Shown: one piece after another, positions 51,583 to 61,062 of the stretch
Numbering within the stretch: position 1 is the first letter of the stretch
Layout of the letters: every line of letters starts with the position of its first letter
Assembly (NCBI GenBank): GCA_963665845.2
Contig: OY762492.1
Span: forward strand, 3,776,001-3,840,000
Source of the DNA: Candidatus Poribacteria bacterium
Lineage (GTDB): Bacteria; Poribacteria; WGA-4E; GCA-2687025
DNA: 64,000 bases
Reading direction: 5' to 3'
Position numbers and translations under genes: made by a program
The notes under the pieces: model-generated
The model's database searches: none
What the model was told of the DNA's origin: nothing
Seen by the model: the letters and a program-made list of their open reading frames with translations, nothing else

Positions 51583-52583
51583 CGTCTCAGCGCGATTCCG
51601 TTCCCCCCGACCGCATACACGCGGTTTCCCCGTATCTCCACATCCAGCAGATTCGGGTAAACGTCCGCGTCCGGTTCAGGATACGGCTCAACATCCCATG
51701 CGTCGCCGCCGGGGCTTGAGCGCAAAATCAGGCCGCCTTCCCCGACGATCCAGCCGACGCCGTTCTTGTCGAAATCGATGGAGCGCAGCGCCGCAGGCTC
51801 CGGCGACTTCAACGCCCTCCATGTCAGCCCGCCGTTTGTCGTCGTCATGATGGTACCTTCGTTGCCGACCATCCACCCTTTCTTGGCGTCCATAAAATAT
51901 ACGTCGTACATGTCGGCTTCTGTTGAAAGCGGTATTTTTGCCCACCGTTCTCCGCCGTTGTTGGTGATAATCAAGCCCCCGTCGTCTCCGACTGCCCAGC
52001 CGACCTGCGCGTCGATAAAAAAGACGCTCCAAAGATGCGTGTCATGCTCCCGTTGAATCTCCCAGGTACCGCCGCCGTTCTGCGTCCTTAAGACGACGCC
52101 GTATCCGCCGACCGCCCAGCCGACCGCCTTATCCACAAAATGGATGTCTAAAATGCCTTTATCGATGCCGGTTTCTTGCCGGCGCCAGCGCTCTCCGCCG
52201 TCTGTCGTTACATACAGGACGCCGAGCGACCCGCCCGCCCAGCCGATCGCCTCGTCCACAAACTGAACGCAATTCAAAATGCGCGCTTCGCCCCCTTCTG
52301 AGTCGGGCGCCTGCCGATTCCATGTGGCGCCGCCGTCCGTTGTGGCAAAGACAGCGTCCCCGTCGCCGACCGCCCATCCCATCTTCTCCGTCGCAAAGTC
52401 GACTTGCGATAGATGAGTTTCATCGGGGAGGCGGACGATCTCCCATTCGCCGCGATCTGTATCGCCGCACCCGATGCAGAACCCGACGCAAATGATGAGA
52501 GCCGCCGCAAGCGTTGTATAACGGACAGACGGGGGCGGCGTTCGGTTCCATCCGCGCAGAATTGCCTGTTCAGACCGCTTCAT
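51579..52583 (-). CDS. YCF48-like BNR-repeat beta-propeller, probable lipoprotein
   Basis: Repeated F.D...GWAVG..G....TTDGG.TW units; FCIGC lipobox-like segment. Confidence 0.85.
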   Translation of the reverse strand: MKRSEQAILRGWNRTPPPSVRYTTLAAALIICVGFCIGCGDTDRGEWEIVRLPDETHLSQVDFATEKMGWAVGDGDAVFATTDGGATWNRQAPDSEGGEARILNCVQFVDEAIGWAGGSLGVLYVTTDGGERWRRQETGIDKGILDIHFVDKAVGWAVGGYGVVLRTQNGGGTWEIQREHDTHLWSVFFIDAQVGWAVGDDGGLIITNNGGERWAKIPLSTEADMYDVYFMDAKKGWMVGNEGTIMTTTNGGLTWRALKSPEPAALRSIDFDKNGVGWIVGEGGLILRSSPGGDAWDVEPYPEPDADVYPNLLDVEIRGNRVYAVGGNGIALRR

Positions 52584-52601
52584 AGCGCATACCGCCTTTC
52601 T

Positions 52602-53168
52602 TCACGCCATTTTAAGCGGTTCAGTTCGTCGCATCCGCTCTTCGATTTCTTTCTTGGAGAGCGCCCTGTCTTTCATCATCTTGGTGGAGACGTAGACATC
52701 CGCGCCGGTCTGAATCGCCAGCGCAATGCCGTCGCTCGGCCGGCAATCGATCTCCAGAACTTTGCCGCCCGTTTCAACGGCGATCTTCCCGTAGTAGGTC
52801 GTATAGCGAAACTCCGCGACCGCCGCATACAGAACCTTGACGCCCGCGGCGTCCAGCAGGCTCTCCATGAACTCATAGGTCAAGGGCCGGTTCGGCTCCT
52901 CGTCCGACATCGCAATGCGAATCAGATTCGCCTGATAGAATGAGACCCAGACCTGCAGATACCGGTCTTCGGCAGCGTCTTTTAAGATCAGAACCGAATG
53001 AAACTCCTCCATATCCACAACGCCGTCCATCTCTACGAGCGTCATCCCGTCTGGCGGCGCCTCCTCCGAGTGGGGCTTCGCCAGATGAAACGCCCCCGCG
53101 GCGCCGAGCGTTCCGATTCCGCCGTAGGCGAGAAAATCGCGCCTGTTCATGTTCCGTTTCTTTTTCAT
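52602..53168 (-). CDS. Bifunctional nuclease (DUF151) family protein with a Tat-like N-terminus
   Basis: NRRDFL plus hydrophobic stretch; RPLT and IDCRPSDGIALA motifs. Confidence 0.78.
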   Translation of the reverse strand: MKKKRNMNRRDFLAYGGIGTLGAAGAFHLAKPHSEEAPPDGMTLVEMDGVVDMEEFHSVLILKDAAEDRYLQVWVSFYQANLIRIAMSDEEPNRPLTYEFMESLLDAAGVKVLYAAVAEFRYTTYYGKIAVETGGKVLEIDCRPSDGIALAIQTGADVYVSTKMMKDRALSKKEIEERMRRTEPLKMA

Positions 53169-54217
53169 GACTCTACCGCCTCCTTCAACGCAGGACCGTA
53201 GGGCGCCTTATGCTCCCCTTTTTCGGTGATGATCGAGTCGATCAGCTTCGCCGGGGTGACATCAAACGCGGGGGAGTACACCTGAACGCCGGGGGGAGCC
53301 GTCCGCGCGCCGAACCCTTCCGTGACCTCCTCGGCAGCCCGCTCCTCAATCGGTATGTCGTTCCCTGTCGGCGTCGCCATATCGACGGTGGTGGTCGGCG
53401 CCGCCACATGAAACGGTATGCCATGCGCCTTCGCCAGAACCGCCAAGCTGTATGTCCCGATCTTATTTGCCGCGTCCCCGTTCGCGGCGATCCGGTCCGC
53501 CCCGGTGACGACGCGCTGAACCTTCCCCGACTGCATCAAATGCGCCGCCATGCTGTCGCAAATGAGAGTGACCGGTATATTCGCGCGCATCAGCTCCCAT
53601 GTCGTCAACCGCGACCCCTGCAGCAGCGGGCGCGTCTCATTCGCATACACCTCAAGCCGCTTGCCTTGGCTGTGGGCGGTGAACATGACGGCGAGAGCGG
53701 TGCCGTATCCGCTGGTCGCCAAGCCGCCCGCGTTGCAGTGCGTCAGGACCGCCTCTCCGTTCTGGATCAAGGCGGCGCCGTGTTCGCCGATCGCCCTGCA
53801 GAGCTGGTCGTCCTCGTCTAAGACCGCCTGCGCCTCTTCGGTCAGCCCGCGCTTCATCTCGTCGATCGGTTTGGACGCGAGCTCGGCGGCGCGGGCGCGC
53901 ATACGGTCTAACGCCCAGAAAAGATTCACCGCCGTTGGACGCGAGGTGGCGAGATAGTCGGCGGCGCGGTTCAGCTCCTCTAGAAGCGCGTCGGTCGACG
54001 GCGCGTCGGATCGGTTCGCAACAAGCGCGATTCCAAACGCCGCGGCGACGCCGATGGCGGGCGCGCCCCGCACCCGCAGACTTTTGATCGCTTCCCACAC
54101 ATCGCCGACCTGCTCGCACTCCTTATATAAGGTCTCCAACGGGAGGCGCGTCTGGTCTAGGATACGTACCGTTCCGTTTTCTCCCCATGACACGGGGCGG
54201 ATCGTTTTTTCAGGCAT
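53165..54217 (-). CDS. mtnA: S-methyl-5-thioribose-1-phosphate isomerase
   Basis: LDQTRLP, VRGAPAIG, SRPTAVNLFW, THCNAG, ETRPLLQG and NKIGTY. Confidence 0.95.
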   Translation of the reverse strand: MPEKTIRPVSWGENGTVRILDQTRLPLETLYKECEQVGDVWEAIKSLRVRGAPAIGVAAAFGIALVANRSDAPSTDALLEELNRAADYLATSRPTAVNLFWALDRMRARAAELASKPIDEMKRGLTEEAQAVLDEDDQLCRAIGEHGAALIQNGEAVLTHCNAGGLATSGYGTALAVMFTAHSQGKRLEVYANETRPLLQGSRLTTWELMRANIPVTLICDSMAAHLMQSGKVQRVVTGADRIAANGDAANKIGTYSLAVLAKAHGIPFHVAAPTTTVDMATPTGNDIPIEERAAEEVTEGFGARTAPPGVQVYSPAFDVTPAKLIDSIITEKGEHKAPYGPALKEAVES

Positions 54218-54920
54218 GGTCGGGGTCGTTCTCCTCCGTTTCGGGTTCCGTTTCGCTTTCGGTTTCAGGCTCCGTTTCACTTTCGGCTTCGGGTTCCGTT
54301 TCGCTTTCGGCTTCGGGTTCCGTTTCGCTTTCGGCTGGTTCCTCCCGCTCTTCAGGCTGCTCTTCGGGCTGTTCTTCAGGCGGCTTTTTGGGGGAGGGTT
54401 TTGGCGCCTTTTCTTTTTTCTTTTGATGGGACGCTTTCGGTTGCTTTTTGTAAAGGTCGTTCGCTTCGCGCACATATTCCAGCGCTTCGGCTCTGTTCAT
54501 CCATCCTTTCAGGGGAAAAAACGGCTCGTAAAACTGTATCAAGCGGCGCATGGTCGCGTCGTCCAGGTCGGAAACGTCTTGGCAGTTTCCCGCCGACGGG
54601 TCGCTCAACAGCGCGCAGACGATCTGATGGTCGCCGTCCTGTCGGCGCAGCCCGCCGATGGGGCGCGCTTCGCAGACGTGTCCCGCCCAGGTCGGTTTTT
54701 GCGCCAGAACGATGGCGTTGAGCCGTTTTCCGCCTTTCGTCCATGTTTGCGGAATCCAGCCAAACTCGCCAGGAGGCCCCGTCATGAGCCGGTAGTCCAC
54801 CACAAAGGTGCGCCGCTTGCGGTGATAACGAAAACGTTTGCGGTCTCCTTTCGGTATTTCGATGACCACGTTGATGATCCCGGGCGCATACCGCCCAATC
54901 GGCGTCTTGAAGATGTCCAT
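54210..54920 (-). CDS. Family I inorganic pyrophosphatase-like protein, catalytic residues degenerate, with an acidic repeat tail
   Basis: INVVIEIPKG, FGWIPQT and ARPIGGL match the PPase fold; DGDPLD is replaced by GGKRLN. Confidence 0.7.
   Translation of the reverse strand: MDIFKTPIGRYAPGIINVVIEIPKGDRKRFRYHRKRRTFVVDYRLMTGPPGEFGWIPQTWTKGGKRLNAIVLAQKPTWAGHVCEARPIGGLRRQDGDHQIVCALLSDPSAGNCQDVSDLDDATMRRLIQFYEPFFPLKGWMNRAEALEYVREANDLYKKQPKASHQKKKEKAPKPSPKKPPEEQPEEQPEEREEPAESETEPEAESETEPEAESETEPETESETEPETEENDPDHA
54236..54338. repeat. 24-bp coding tandem repeat (EPEAESET x about 4)
   Basis: TTCGGGTTCCGTTTCGCTTTCGGC-type units, read directly. Confidence 0.85.
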
Positions 54921-55054
54921 CTGCCTGCCCGCCAATCTAGTTGCCGAAACGATCAAGATGTTCCGCGTTCAAAAGAACCGCATCCCGCCGCTTCCGATAT
55001 AAGATAACAAATGCTGTCTTCGCTGTCAAGCGCGCTTTTTTTGGGCAGTTACGG

Positions 55055-55300
55055 ATCGTCATTCCCGCGCAAGCGGGAATCCAGAGTCCAGCGTACGCCG
55101 TCTGAACTAGGATTGCCAAGATGGAAAAGATTAACTTGAGATTTGCGAAAGCCGATACGCCGCGCACAGTTCGTCATTCCCGCGCAAGCGGGAATCCAGA
55201 GGCGAACCCAAAACAACCGCGTCCAGCAAAAACCGCCATCCTACCCGACGTCATTCCGCGCCCACAATTCGTCATTCCCGCGCAAGCGGGAATCTTAGGC
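55055..55300 (+). repeat. Three REP-like palindromes TCGTCATTCCCGCGCAAGCGGGAATC
   Basis: Copies at about 55056, 55171 and 55269, separated by other repeat modules. Confidence 0.88.
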
Positions 55301-55421
55301 GCCGCAGACGCCGTCCATATCGCGTCTCTGATCAACATCTCCGAATGAGCGCGCCGCCGGTCAGTCCGTCTAGTTGACCCGCCGCTCCAAACAGCGTATG
55401 CTGTATCTTAGGAACGATGGG

Positions 55422-56630
55422 ATGAACTCTATGGCGTATCGGCCGCCTTACGGATCAACAGTCTATCGGCATCGCAACCGCAAACGCCGCACGAGCGCGC
55501 GCGCCCGATTTGCCGGCTGGAGAGCTAGAAAACTGAAAGCGCGCCGCCTGCCCGCCGCCGCCTTGATTGCCGTTCTCCTCATGACGATTGTTCACTCCAT
55601 GCTGCGCACCGAAGAAAGCCTGTGGCAAACCTGCGAAACGCTGTACCTCTCCGGCGACGCAAACGGCATCGCCGCCCTGAAGCGTTACCAAAACAGGTAC
55701 CCTGAAGGCGAGCATCTGGACGACGCGGCGTACTATACGGCAAAACTTGCCCATCAAAACGGAGCCTCCCTGAACGCAATAGACGCATGGAAAGCGGTCT
55801 TAAACAGCCCCAACACTTCCCGAAAAATCGAAGCGGCGCGGCGGCTGGGCGATTGCGCCGCGCTTGAAAACGACCTTCCCGCCGCCTACAAACATTATCG
55901 AACCGCGCTCTCATACGGCGTCATCGACGAACACTCCGCCGCCGCCATGTTCGGCGCGGGAGAAGCCGCGCACGCGCTCGATTACCACGGCGAAGCGCTC
56001 GCGTATCTGCGCAGCCTGTGGAGCCTGCCCTCCTCCGTCAGCCAACGAATTCGCGCAAGCCGGCTCCTGCAAGAACGAACGCTCCCCGCCGTCCAGATCG
56101 TCAACAGCCAAGAGCGCTCCTATGTGGTGAAGCAGGGCGAAAGTTTGACGCGCATCGCCCGCCGATTCGATGTCGGACTCAACCTGCTCATCAGAGCCAA
56201 CCCGAATGTGCGCCCGAACCTGATACGGGCTGGACAGCAGCTGACGATCCCGACCCGCAGCGGTACCGCGTCCGCCATGTTGAGCCTGTCCGACCGCGCG
56301 CTTTTTCTGATTCAAAACCAGCGCGTCGTCTGTCCGTTCCCGACCGTCGGGATACACCCGCAGGCTGCCGCGCTCGGAACCTACAGAACGGAGCGCATGG
56401 ACGCGCATGCCTCCCAGCACAGCGGCGCGGGGCGCATTGAGCTGTCGGGAGGGCTTGTCATCCTAGGCGGCGCGACGGAGGAGGCGCTGCGCGAGCCGAA
56501 CCTGTCGCCTGAAATACGTCTGGCGGACGAGGATATAAGGCGGCTGATGCCTTTTTTAGGCGCAGGCGCCCAGTTCACCATCGCATCCGACATGGTTTCC
56601 ATGGACTGGCTCCATATACCCCCGCCTTAA
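55422..56630 (+). CDS. Membrane-anchored TPR-like + LysM protein with a degenerate L,D-transpeptidase-like domain
   Basis: Transmembrane segment, helical repeats, LysM YVVKQGESLTRIARRF...GQQLTIP, then a YkuD-like region. Confidence 0.75.
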   Translation: MNSMAYRPPYGSTVYRHRNRKRRTSARARFAGWRARKLKARRLPAAALIAVLLMTIVHSMLRTEESLWQTCETLYLSGDANGIAALKRYQNRYPEGEHLDDAAYYTAKLAHQNGASLNAIDAWKAVLNSPNTSRKIEAARRLGDCAALENDLPAAYKHYRTALSYGVIDEHSAAAMFGAGEAAHALDYHGEALAYLRSLWSLPSSVSQRIRASRLLQERTLPAVQIVNSQERSYVVKQGESLTRIARRFDVGLNLLIRANPNVRPNLIRAGQQLTIPTRSGTASAMLSLSDRALFLIQNQRVVCPFPTVGIHPQAAALGTYRTERMDAHASQHSGAGRIELSGGLVILGGATEEALREPNLSPEIRLADEDIRRLMPFLGAGAQFTIASDMVSMDWLHIPPP

Positions 56631-56673
56631 TATCAAATTGATCGGAAGGAATTGCTAAGAAACGCAAATAATG

Positions 56674-56702
56674 TTGACACCAGACCAGCGGCAAACTATA
56701 CT
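56674..56702 (+). promoter_or_regulatory. Near-consensus sigma70 promoter of mutS2-dnaG-rpoD
   Basis: TTGACA-N17-TATACT. Confidence 0.7.
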
Positions 56703-56830
56703 AAAGGCGCCAGGTTAACGGAAGACCGCCTCTCTTCGTCATCCCGCGCCGGACGCCGGAACCGAGCAGAGAGGCGCCAACCCGACAGGCAGTTTTCGCG
56801 CTTGTGGAGAAAATCTAACAGGGCGGAGCG

Positions 56831-59242
56831 ATGATATTGAGCGATCTGGATGTATTAGAGTACGACCAGCTCAAAGAATGCCTCATGGAGTACGCCGTTT
56901 CGGCGCCCGGAAAAGAGCGCATTGAAAAACTGCAGCCTGTCTACCGCGGCGCGCCGTCCCTGCGCCGAAAGCACCGCGCTGTCTCCGAAGCGACTCGCCT
57001 TCAATCCTCCGAACATCCCATACCGCTCCAGGGGCTGCGCGACATCCGACAAGCAGCCCGGCGGCTGCGAACCTCGCCCCTAGACGCTTCCGAGATTCTT
57101 GAGCTGGCTGACCATCTGCGCGCCGCCCGCCGCGTCCGCCTCTATTTTGAAAAAATGAACGCCGCGGACGCGCCCATACTTGACCGACTATCTCAAAAAC
57201 TACAGCGAATGCCCGAACTGATACAGCGGATTGAGCAGGTCTTCAACGACGAAGGCGAGATCGTTGACAACGCCAGCCCAGCCCTCCGAACGATACGTTC
57301 CAAACTCCGCCATGCCCGCCTCAAAATCCAGACCCGCCTCGACAGCATACTCCAAAATCCGAACTATCAGGACGCCCTTCAGGAGCGCATCGTCGTCATC
57401 CGAAACGGGCGGTATGCGATACCGGTCAAACAGAACTTTAGGGGAGCCGTCAAAGGCGCGGCGCAGGGGCAGTCCGCCTCCGGCGCGACCGTCTATATTG
57501 AGCCGCTGTCGGTCATGGAAGCGAACAACGATCTGGACAACCTGCTTGGTGAAGAGGAACGGGAGATACGGCGCATCCTCGCCGAGTTGAGCGACCTCGC
57601 GCGTGAGCGGCTGGACGACATCCGCCTCAACATCGACACGCTGGCGGAGTTCGATTTTATACGCGCCAAAGCGATTTTTGGAATCGAATACGGCTGCTCC
57701 GAGCCGATCATCGTTGATGAGCCGATCGTTGACCTGGAAAACGCGCGCCATCCGCTTCTGATGCGCCATTTCCGACGCGAAGCCGCCCAAAATCGACGCG
57801 CCAAATTGGACGAACCGCCGCGGCAGGTCGTCCCGACCTCCATACGCCTAGACGACCAGACGCAGGCGGTTGTCATCACCGGACCGAACACCGGCGGCAA
57901 AACGATCGCGCTCAAAACGGTCGGGCTGCTCGCGCTCATGTGTCAATCGGGCGTGCCGATACCGGCGGACGCCGGCAGCCGACTCGGGTTGTTTGACGCG
58001 GTCTGCGCCGACATCGGCGACGAGCAGAGCATTGAGCAAAGCCTCTCCACCTTCTCCTCCCATATGACGCGCGTCATACGCATTCTTGGACAGGCGACGC
58101 CGCGCACGCTGGTCGCGCTGGATGAGGTCGCCGCTGGGACCGATCCGACCGAAGGCGCCGCCCTTGCCGCCGCTGTTCTGGACGAGCTGATGCGCAAAGG
58201 CGCCAAGATCCTCATCACGACGCACCACAGCGCCTTGAAGCTGTACGCCCATGAGAAACGCAGCGCGGCAAACGCCTCGATGGCTTTCAACGAACAAGAC
58301 CTCTCCCCAACCTATCAGCTGAACATGGGCGCCCCTGGAAGCAGCCATGCGATTCAGATTGCGCGTCGGCTTGGCATGCCGGCGGAAGTGTTGGAGGCGG
58401 CGGAGCAGTCGCTCGGCGACGGGGCGATGGAGATGGAAACGCTCATACAGGATGTGGAACGGCTTCGGCGCAAGATGGAAACGGAGAGCGCCGAGCTGGA
58501 AACGCGCCTGAAACGGGCGAGAGCGCGCGAGACGGAATATAAAAATAGAATTGATCAGCTGCGGGCGCAGCGGAGCGAACTGAAACGGCAGGCGGAAGCG
58601 CAGGCGCAAGCGATTGTGAAAGGCGCCCGTTCGGTTGTGGAGCGAACCGTCGCCGAGATACGCGAGTCGCAAGCCTCCAAAGAGTCGATCGCCTCCGCCC
58701 GCCGGCAGATTCAGGAGACGGAACGCAAACTTGAACAGGCGCGGCGCATCGAACGGCAAAAAGCGGCGGAAGCGATGCGCAACCTGCCCGAAGGTACACT
58801 CGTCTATATTAAGGCGATGAAAGCGAAGGGCGTCATTGTGGATCCGCCCAACGAGTCGGGAACGGCGCGCGCCCGCGTCGGAAATATGACCGTCTCCGTT
58901 TCCGCCGCCGATATGGAGCTGAGGGAAGAAGACCAAGCGAAAATCATGGAGATGCCGAAGCCGTTCCGAAGGCTCGCCGCGGAAAAACGCGCGAACGTGT
59001 CCATTGAGCTGGACCTGCGCGGGTTCCGCGTCTATGAAGCGCTGGACGAAGCGGACAAATACTTGGACGACGCCGCGCTGGCTGGACTAGAGCAGGCGTC
59101 CATCATCCACGGCAAAGGAGCAGGCGCGCTTCGAAAGGCGCTGCATGAAGCGTTTCAACACAACCCGAACGTCCTCCGATACCGTCTCGGAACGCTTGAA
59201 GAGGGCGGAGCTGGAGTCACGATTGTAACGCTGAACGAATAA
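56831..59242 (+). CDS. mutS2: Endonuclease MutS2
   Basis: ITGPNTGGKT, DIGDEQSIEQSLSTFSSHM, GTDPTEG, coiled coil, and Smr domain IIHGKGAG. Confidence 0.96.
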   Translation: MILSDLDVLEYDQLKECLMEYAVSAPGKERIEKLQPVYRGAPSLRRKHRAVSEATRLQSSEHPIPLQGLRDIRQAARRLRTSPLDASEILELADHLRAARRVRLYFEKMNAADAPILDRLSQKLQRMPELIQRIEQVFNDEGEIVDNASPALRTIRSKLRHARLKIQTRLDSILQNPNYQDALQERIVVIRNGRYAIPVKQNFRGAVKGAAQGQSASGATVYIEPLSVMEANNDLDNLLGEEEREIRRILAELSDLARERLDDIRLNIDTLAEFDFIRAKAIFGIEYGCSEPIIVDEPIVDLENARHPLLMRHFRREAAQNRRAKLDEPPRQVVPTSIRLDDQTQAVVITGPNTGGKTIALKTVGLLALMCQSGVPIPADAGSRLGLFDAVCADIGDEQSIEQSLSTFSSHMTRVIRILGQATPRTLVALDEVAAGTDPTEGAALAAAVLDELMRKGAKILITTHHSALKLYAHEKRSAANASMAFNEQDLSPTYQLNMGAPGSSHAIQIARRLGMPAEVLEAAEQSLGDGAMEMETLIQDVERLRRKMETESAELETRLKRARARETEYKNRIDQLRAQRSELKRQAEAQAQAIVKGARSVVERTVAEIRESQASKESIASARRQIQETERKLEQARRIERQKAAEAMRNLPEGTLVYIKAMKAKGVIVDPPNESGTARARVGNMTVSVSAADMELREEDQAKIMEMPKPFRRLAAEKRANVSIELDLRGFRVYEALDEADKYLDDAALAGLEQASIIHGKGAGALRKALHEAFQHNPNVLRYRLGTLEEGGAGVTIVTLNE

Positions 59243-59260
59243 GCTTATTAAAGGAGAACG

Positions 59261-61051
59261 ATGGCGCGATTTCCGCATGCGACGCTTGAAACGATACGCA
59301 GCCGCATTGACCTGGCGCGCCTCATCGAAGAGTCGGGCGTTCCGCTGCGCCGGCGCGGAAACCGCTATGCGGGGCGATGCCCCTTCCACCAAGACAAAGA
59401 CCCCTCCTTCTCCGTCAGCGCCGACAAAGGTCTCTTTCACTGCTTCGGCTGCGGCAAGTCGGGAACCGCCTTCACCTATGTTGTTGAGCGGGAAGGTCTC
59501 ACCTTCGACGAGGCGGTCAAAAAGCTGGCGGATCGCGCCGGCGTCTCCCTGGACGGAATCGACGAGCGGAAGCCGACCGATGAGATGCAGCGGCTCGCCA
59601 AAGCGAACCTGTATGCGCAAAAGCTGTTCCGCCGCTGGCTTCAACAGAACCGCGCGCCGATGGAGTACCTTGAACGGCGCGGCGTGACGCCTGAAACTCA
59701 AGAGGAGCTGCAGATCGGATACGCGCCCGATTCATGGGATGGGCTTATGAACGAGATGATTGGTTCGGGCTACGACGCCGATTTTCTTGTCAAAGCGGGG
59801 TTGATTCGCCAAAACGAAAAGGGCAGGCGGTACGACTATTTCCGAAACCGCGTCATCTTTCCGATCAACGATATGGACGGCAACGTCGCGGGATTCGGCG
59901 GACGCGCCTTGGAGGACGACGCGGGACCGAAATACCTGAACTCCCCCGAAACGCCCCTCTACCAAAAAAGCCAGATTCTGTATATGCTGGACAGAGCGCA
60001 TCGGGAGGTGTATCAGGAGCGGCGCGCCGTCGTCGCCGAGGGGTATATGGATGTGATCGCGCTGCGGCAGGCGGGCGTTCTGAACGCGGTCGCGCCGTTG
60101 GGAGCCGCATTGTCAAAGTACCATGCGCGGCTTTTGAAACGGCGGTGCGACGCCGTCACCTTTATACTGGACGGAGACGAGGCGGGAGCGCGGGCGGTGG
60201 AACGCGGCGCGGGCGTCTTCTTGGGTGAAGGGCTGCGCGTCGAAGCGGCGGTCATGCCTGAAGGCAAAGACCCTGACGACATCATCCAGTCGGACGGGGC
60301 GGAGGCGGTGAAAACGCTTCTGAACAACGTCGTCCCGGTCGTTGAGTTTCTGATACGGCATCTCGGCGAGAAGCTGGACCTGTCGCAGCCTGAAGCGAAG
60401 CTGGAAGCCATCGACAAGGCGGCGGAGCTGATGCGGCATGTTCAAAGCCCGCTGCTGATGCGGGATTACGCCGCGCGTCTCGCAAAGGAGCTGGAGTCGC
60501 CGCCGAAGGAGGTCTGGGCGGAACTGCGCCGGCGGCGCGTGCGGCTTGAAAGCGCGCCGGACGAGACGGCGGGATCCAGCGCGTTCAACGCTGACCGCCG
60601 ATACGTTGCGGAACGAAAACTGCTCGGCTACATGGCAGCCAAACCCGATACGATACTGGATGTTTTTGACAAGATCGCGCCGAGCGATTTTCAAAAAGAA
60701 ACGCATCAGGAGCTGGCGCGCCTCTTATGGGAGGCGGCGCGCGAAGGTCAAGAGGATGTCTATGCGCTCATTGACGCCAGCTACGACGATGAGACCCGCG
60801 AGCTGCTCAGCGCCGTCATGATCGAAACGAAGCCGCTCCCGCATATTGAGGCGGAGATCGACGCGGCGGTGGATCGCCTTGTTCATGACGCGCTCAAAAG
60901 AATGGAGCGCCAGCGGCTCGCCGACATGGAGCAGTCCGAAGCGGACGATCTCCAAATGGCAAAGTACCTTAATGAAAACTCGAAACAGCGCCGCGCGATG
61001 CGGCAACCGTCCCCAACTTCAACGCATCATACCGCAGAAAACGACGCCTAG
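59261..61051 (+). CDS. dnaG: DNA primase
   Basis: CPFH...CFGC zinc finger, KYLNSPET, EGYMD, DGDEAG and KDPDD. Confidence 0.97.
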   Translation: MARFPHATLETIRSRIDLARLIEESGVPLRRRGNRYAGRCPFHQDKDPSFSVSADKGLFHCFGCGKSGTAFTYVVEREGLTFDEAVKKLADRAGVSLDGIDERKPTDEMQRLAKANLYAQKLFRRWLQQNRAPMEYLERRGVTPETQEELQIGYAPDSWDGLMNEMIGSGYDADFLVKAGLIRQNEKGRRYDYFRNRVIFPINDMDGNVAGFGGRALEDDAGPKYLNSPETPLYQKSQILYMLDRAHREVYQERRAVVAEGYMDVIALRQAGVLNAVAPLGAALSKYHARLLKRRCDAVTFILDGDEAGARAVERGAGVFLGEGLRVEAAVMPEGKDPDDIIQSDGAEAVKTLLNNVVPVVEFLIRHLGEKLDLSQPEAKLEAIDKAAELMRHVQSPLLMRDYAARLAKELESPPKEVWAELRRRRVRLESAPDETAGSSAFNADRRYVAERKLLGYMAAKPDTILDVFDKIAPSDFQKETHQELARLLWEAAREGQEDVYALIDASYDDETRELLSAVMIETKPLPHIEAEIDAAVDRLVHDALKRMERQRLADMEQSEADDLQMAKYLNENSKQRRAMRQPSPTSTHHTAENDA

Positions 61052-61062
61052 GAGGATGAACG

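Noticed and set aside
54218-54475. Lys/Arg-rich N-terminal extension of MtnA in the ORF track
   Set aside because: It is an alternative frame of the upstream gene's acidic repeat tail; MtnA homology begins at MPEKTI (54217).
55055-55300. Three ~27-bp palindromic repeats resembling a mini-CRISPR
   Set aside because: Spacing is long and uneven (about 115 and 98 bp), the spacers contain other repeat modules, the same repeat is scattered across the window, and no cas genes are present.
56703-56830. SRP RNA or 6S RNA
   Set aside because: The conserved SRP loop motif is not properly present and the region is too short for 6S; kept only as a possible structured leader.
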